In this document: piece by piece, positions 61,205 through 64,000 of the stretch | How positions within the stretch are numbered: the first letter of the stretch is position 1 | Layout: the number at the start of each line of letters is the position of its first letter | NCBI GenBank assembly: GCA_965242865.1 | Contig: CBDETK010000013.1 | Coordinates: forward strand, 4,000,001 to 4,064,000 | From: Candidatus Latescibacterota bacterium | GTDB taxonomy: Bacteria; Latescibacterota; UBA2968; UBA8231 | Direction of reading: 5' to 3' | Length of the DNA: 64,000 nucleotides | Notes under the pieces: model-generated | Database searches by the model: none | Told to the model about the DNA's origin: nothing | The model's input: the letters and a program-made list of their open reading frames with translations, nothing else | Position numbers and translations under genes: made by a program

Positions 61205-61969
61205 ATGCCGCTTATGATCGTTGCTACCCTGTTCGCCATACTCATGGTAGAGGGGGCAGAAGCAGAGACGGAGCCAAAAGAAATCACGATCCGCATCCGT
61301 GGCGAGCACAAAGCGGTGATTTCGGGTCTGTTGGCGGCTGTTGACGAGGGGACGACGGTTACGGGGATCGCCGAGTTGGATTCTCTTGCAGCCACTTATG
61401 GTCTGATAGAGTATGGTACGGGTCGATCCTCTGTCTTTTATGGGTATCGGTTTCGGCTGACGTTTCCGCCGGGTGCGGATGGGGCCGCCATTGCCGGAGA
61501 TTATGGGAACGTACCCTATATACAATTGGTTCGTCAACGCGCCAATTTGGGTAAGCGAGTTACGGGTAAGTTACTCGTTGGCACTCTTACTGGTAGCGTT
61601 GTCCTTGTGGGGGTGGGTGTTCCTCTGAGAACATTGACTTCTGATAGCGTCGCTACCATCGCTTGGGTTGGCTATCCGATTGGAGTGGGGCTCGGGACCA
61701 GTTTATTGGATAGACACGATTATTATCGATCCTTGGTATTTTCAATAGGTGGCAGCTTCTTAGGGGCTGGGATTGGCCTTGCACTAATCCCCATAGATCC
61801 ATGGAGGAATCCCATCAGTGCCGTTGGGCTCATTATGATCATGCAGTCTATCACGGCCACGTTGGTGTCCGAGTTGTTTCGCAAGCCCCCAGAGTCTGAC
61901 CGCTTCTCGGTAGGTCTGGTGCCAGACATCGGAGGGAACTGGTCGGCCGTAGCTACCCTGCGGTTTTGA
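61205..61969 (+). CDS. Array gene 3: signal + module A + Gly-rich TM core + diverged constant C-terminus
   Basis: ETEPKEITIRIRGE...; ends SELFRKPPESDRFSVGLVPDIGGNWSAVATLRF. Confidence 0.78.
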   Translation: MPLMIVATLFAILMVEGAEAETEPKEITIRIRGEHKAVISGLLAAVDEGTTVTGIAELDSLAATYGLIEYGTGRSSVFYGYRFRLTFPPGADGAAIAGDYGNVPYIQLVRQRANLGKRVTGKLLVGTLTGSVVLVGVGVPLRTLTSDSVATIAWVGYPIGVGLGTSLLDRHDYYRSLVFSIGGSFLGAGIGLALIPIDPWRNPISAVGLIMIMQSITATLVSELFRKPPESDRFSVGLVPDIGGNWSAVATLRF

Positions 61970-62026
61970 ACCGAGCCGCAAGATAGGCTCTAAACACCTA
62001 ACTGTTGGAAAGTCAACGTCTCACGG

Positions 62027-62788
62027 ATGGAGAGTACAAAGATAAAATATAGCCGACACACATGGCACTCTATCCAATATCGGCGGTATCGAGTGCTGTG
62101 GTTTGTCTTGATCCTGCTGGGAATTGGCTCTGCGGCCGAGGCCAGTGCTCCGGTTCCCTCGCGGTCCTACTGGACGGGTCGGATCAAACAGGCCACCACG
62201 TGGCGCGACACGGTGTATGTCGGCGGCGACGCGACCAAGCGGGGTGGGCGCGTCATGGTGGACTCGACTGGTGATTCAGGAAGCGGCGCGATGTCGGATA
62301 GTCTTGCGGAGAGTAAGAGTAATATGAGTACTGGTAAGCGAGTTGCTCTCAAGTTAATCGCTGGTACTCTTGGGGGAGTGGTAGGATTCGCGATGGTCAT
62401 CTCCAGCTTACCTTGCTTTCCCGACGACTATCCAGACGGTTACGATCCCATCTTTTGTAAATCAGCAGAAGCAGCTCTTCGATACGGCTATCCGGTCGGA
62501 ATTGCTATTGGTGTCAGTTTGGTTGGTCCACGCGACCGCCCTATCACATCCTTCATCAGGCCCCTAGTCCTATCCCTAGGCGGCAGTGCAGTAGGATTAA
62601 TCGGAGGTATTTGGTTGACAAATGTTGATAGCGAGGTGTTCTGGCCATCCATCCCTGTCTTTCCTATCGTCGGTGCGACGCTGGCGTCTGAACTATGGTG
62701 CCAGCCTCCTCAAGACCGCCGCTTCTTTTTCTTTTTAGCTCCCACCCTCAACGGCGGCCTCTCCGCCGTTACCACGTTACGCTTTTGA
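62027..62788 (+). CDS. Array gene 4: signal + internally deleted module B + Gly-rich TM core + constant C-terminus
   Basis: YWTGRIKQATTWRDTVYVGGDATKRGG; ends LAPTLNGGLSAVTTLRF. Start uncertain. Confidence 0.72.
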   Translation: MESTKIKYSRHTWHSIQYRRYRVLWFVLILLGIGSAAEASAPVPSRSYWTGRIKQATTWRDTVYVGGDATKRGGRVMVDSTGDSGSGAMSDSLAESKSNMSTGKRVALKLIAGTLGGVVGFAMVISSLPCFPDDYPDGYDPIFCKSAEAALRYGYPVGIAIGVSLVGPRDRPITSFIRPLVLSLGGSAVGLIGGIWLTNVDSEVFWPSIPVFPIVGATLASELWCQPPQDRRFFFFLAPTLNGGLSAVTTLRF

Positions 62789-62814
62789 CCCTTCAATGAG
62801 AGAAAGACTCCCCT

Positions 62815-63450
62815 ATGCCCATTTTGATCGCGGTAATCGCGTCGTCTTTGGCTTTCGTTCTGATGATTTTTTCGCTGAGTTCCACAAGTAATTCATCGTT
62901 GTCGCGGTCGAAGCAGCCATGTCTTTGGCCGCGTTGTGTCGTACTCAGTCTTCTTATGACGGTAGCTGCTCTTTGGGCTGGCTGTGGAAATGAAAAAGTC
63001 ACCGCACTAAGAGACGGGGCGATTGTTGTAATGGGGGCGATCAGAGATAAGGAGACCTTGGAACCGCTGAACAAGACTCTTGTGGGAGTCGTGTACTCGG
63101 GAATACCAGATAGTGTACTCATCGACTCATCGGCATTTTTGATTGTAACGCCTGAGCAGAAAGAAACCGGACGTCATCCACAAACCGCCTTGTGGACAAT
63201 TGAACAACCTCTGGTCCTCAACTATGAAGTTATGGAGTTTTTCACGGAAACCAGCGAGAACGGACTTTTTGAAATATATGAGTTTCCAAGTACCTGCGGC
63301 TCACACTATGACTGCGCTATAGAGCGTATCAGCAGATTGGTTGCTTGGAGGTCCGGCTACAGGTTATGGAAATACGACGTCCGGCGTGATACGGTCTCGA
63401 ATAATACCCCTCTTAATGTCTCTATTTACATGGAAAAAATCGAGAACTAA
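62815..63450 (+). CDS. Hypothetical lipoprotein-like protein
   Basis: Internal lipobox LWAGC. The MPI start derives from the array junction, so the true start may be downstream. Confidence 0.55.
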   Translation: MPILIAVIASSLAFVLMIFSLSSTSNSSLSRSKQPCLWPRCVVLSLLMTVAALWAGCGNEKVTALRDGAIVVMGAIRDKETLEPLNKTLVGVVYSGIPDSVLIDSSAFLIVTPEQKETGRHPQTALWTIEQPLVLNYEVMEFFTETSENGLFEIYEFPSTCGSHYDCAIERISRLVAWRSGYRLWKYDVRRDTVSNNTPLNVSIYMEKIEN

Positions 63451-63469
63451 CGCGATGGAAGTACACACC

Positions 63470-64000
63470 ATGAAGAGATCATTCGTTTCCACGGCCTTGT
63501 TGCTCCTCGGCATGGCCTCGCCTCTTTTCGCCAGTTCCCCAGCGCAGCAACCCTACGTTACGGGTCGGCTCGAACAGGCCACCACGTGGCGCGACACGGT
63601 GTATGTCGGCGGCGACGTGACGATTGCAGCGGGAGCGACGCTGACGCTGGACCCCAACACGCAGGTTTTCTTTCTGCCCTACCGCGATGAGACCCGAGGC
63701 GGCTTGGACACCACCCGTGCGGAACTGATCGTCAAGGGGCGACTGCATGCCCACGCCGGCGGCATCGTCTTTCGTTCCGCGGATGCGGCTTCGTTGGGAG
63801 CCGATTGGTATGGCCTCGTCGTCGAGCGGGGCGGGCGAGCCGATGTATCCTACGCTGCGATTCGCGATGGGCTGCGTTGCGTGTATGCCAAGCGGGGTGG
63901 GTTCGTCAGGATGGACGCTGTCGCCTTTGCCAACTGCGGAAAGCCGACCGCGCCAGCGGGTAGGGACAGTACGCTGACCGCAGGGGGCGTTGAGTTGGTG
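63470..64000 (+). CDS. Array gene with full-length module B (G8/beta-helix-like); runs off the window
   Basis: Read manually: MKRSFVSTALLLLGMASPLFASSPAQQPYVTGRLEQATTWRDTVYVGGDVTIAAGATLTLDPNTQVFF...ELIVKGRL...IVFRS...WYGL; no stop before 64000. Confidence 0.78.
   Translation, partial: MKRSFVSTALLLLGMASPLFASSPAQQPYVTGRLEQATTWRDTVYVGGDVTIAAGATLTLDPNTQVFFLPYRDETRGGLDTTRAELIVKGRLHAHAGGIVFRSADAASLGADWYGLVVERGGRADVSYAAIRDGLRCVYAKRGGFVRMDAVAFANCGKPTAPAGRDSTLTAGGVELV

Noticed and set aside
58738-64000. Integron cassette array or diversity-generating retroelement
   Set aside because: No intI or reverse transcriptase, no attC-like palindromes with GTTRRRY/RYYYAAC ends recognised, and repeat differences are not adenine-specific.

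Overview
GC-rich bacterial chromosome segment. Dockerin/EF-hand-like 'DFDxDGxVDFDDF' proteins, C-terminal SWGxxK tails and LRR, YWTD and ankyrin exported proteins suggest a Latescibacterota/Poribacteria-like, possibly sponge-associated organism (inference only). The housekeeping backbone includes purF-like, P-II, dacA-like, rlmH, hpt, recA, radA, prmC-prfA-rpmE-rho, dnaG, mpl, hisC, relA/spoT and three tRNAs. It is interrupted by five accessory blocks. (1) A low-GC DUF262+HEPN cassette bracketed by a 13-bp direct repeat. (2) A ~9-kb defence island inside a peptide-ABC operon: a PLD-SNF2 helicase whose HxK motif reads HAT, an N6-adenine MTase with an antitoxin-like tail fused in frame directly upstream of a PIN/VapC toxin, a DprA/SLOG protein and a broken Abi-like gene. 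(3) Eukaryote-like repeat lipoproteins sharing export modules. (4) An uncharacterised polytopic membrane protein paired with a 1,608-aa degenerate M28-peptidase/FtsX fusion. (5) At the right end, a tandem array of small exported genes built from shared interchangeable DNA modules (two N-terminal modules, a variable Gly-rich membrane core and a constant '...LRF' C-terminus), with near-identical repeats, in-frame deletions and relics that suggest combinatorial shuffling. No CRISPR-cas, rRNA, integrase or transposase was seen. All family assignments come from motif recognition by eye, not database searches.
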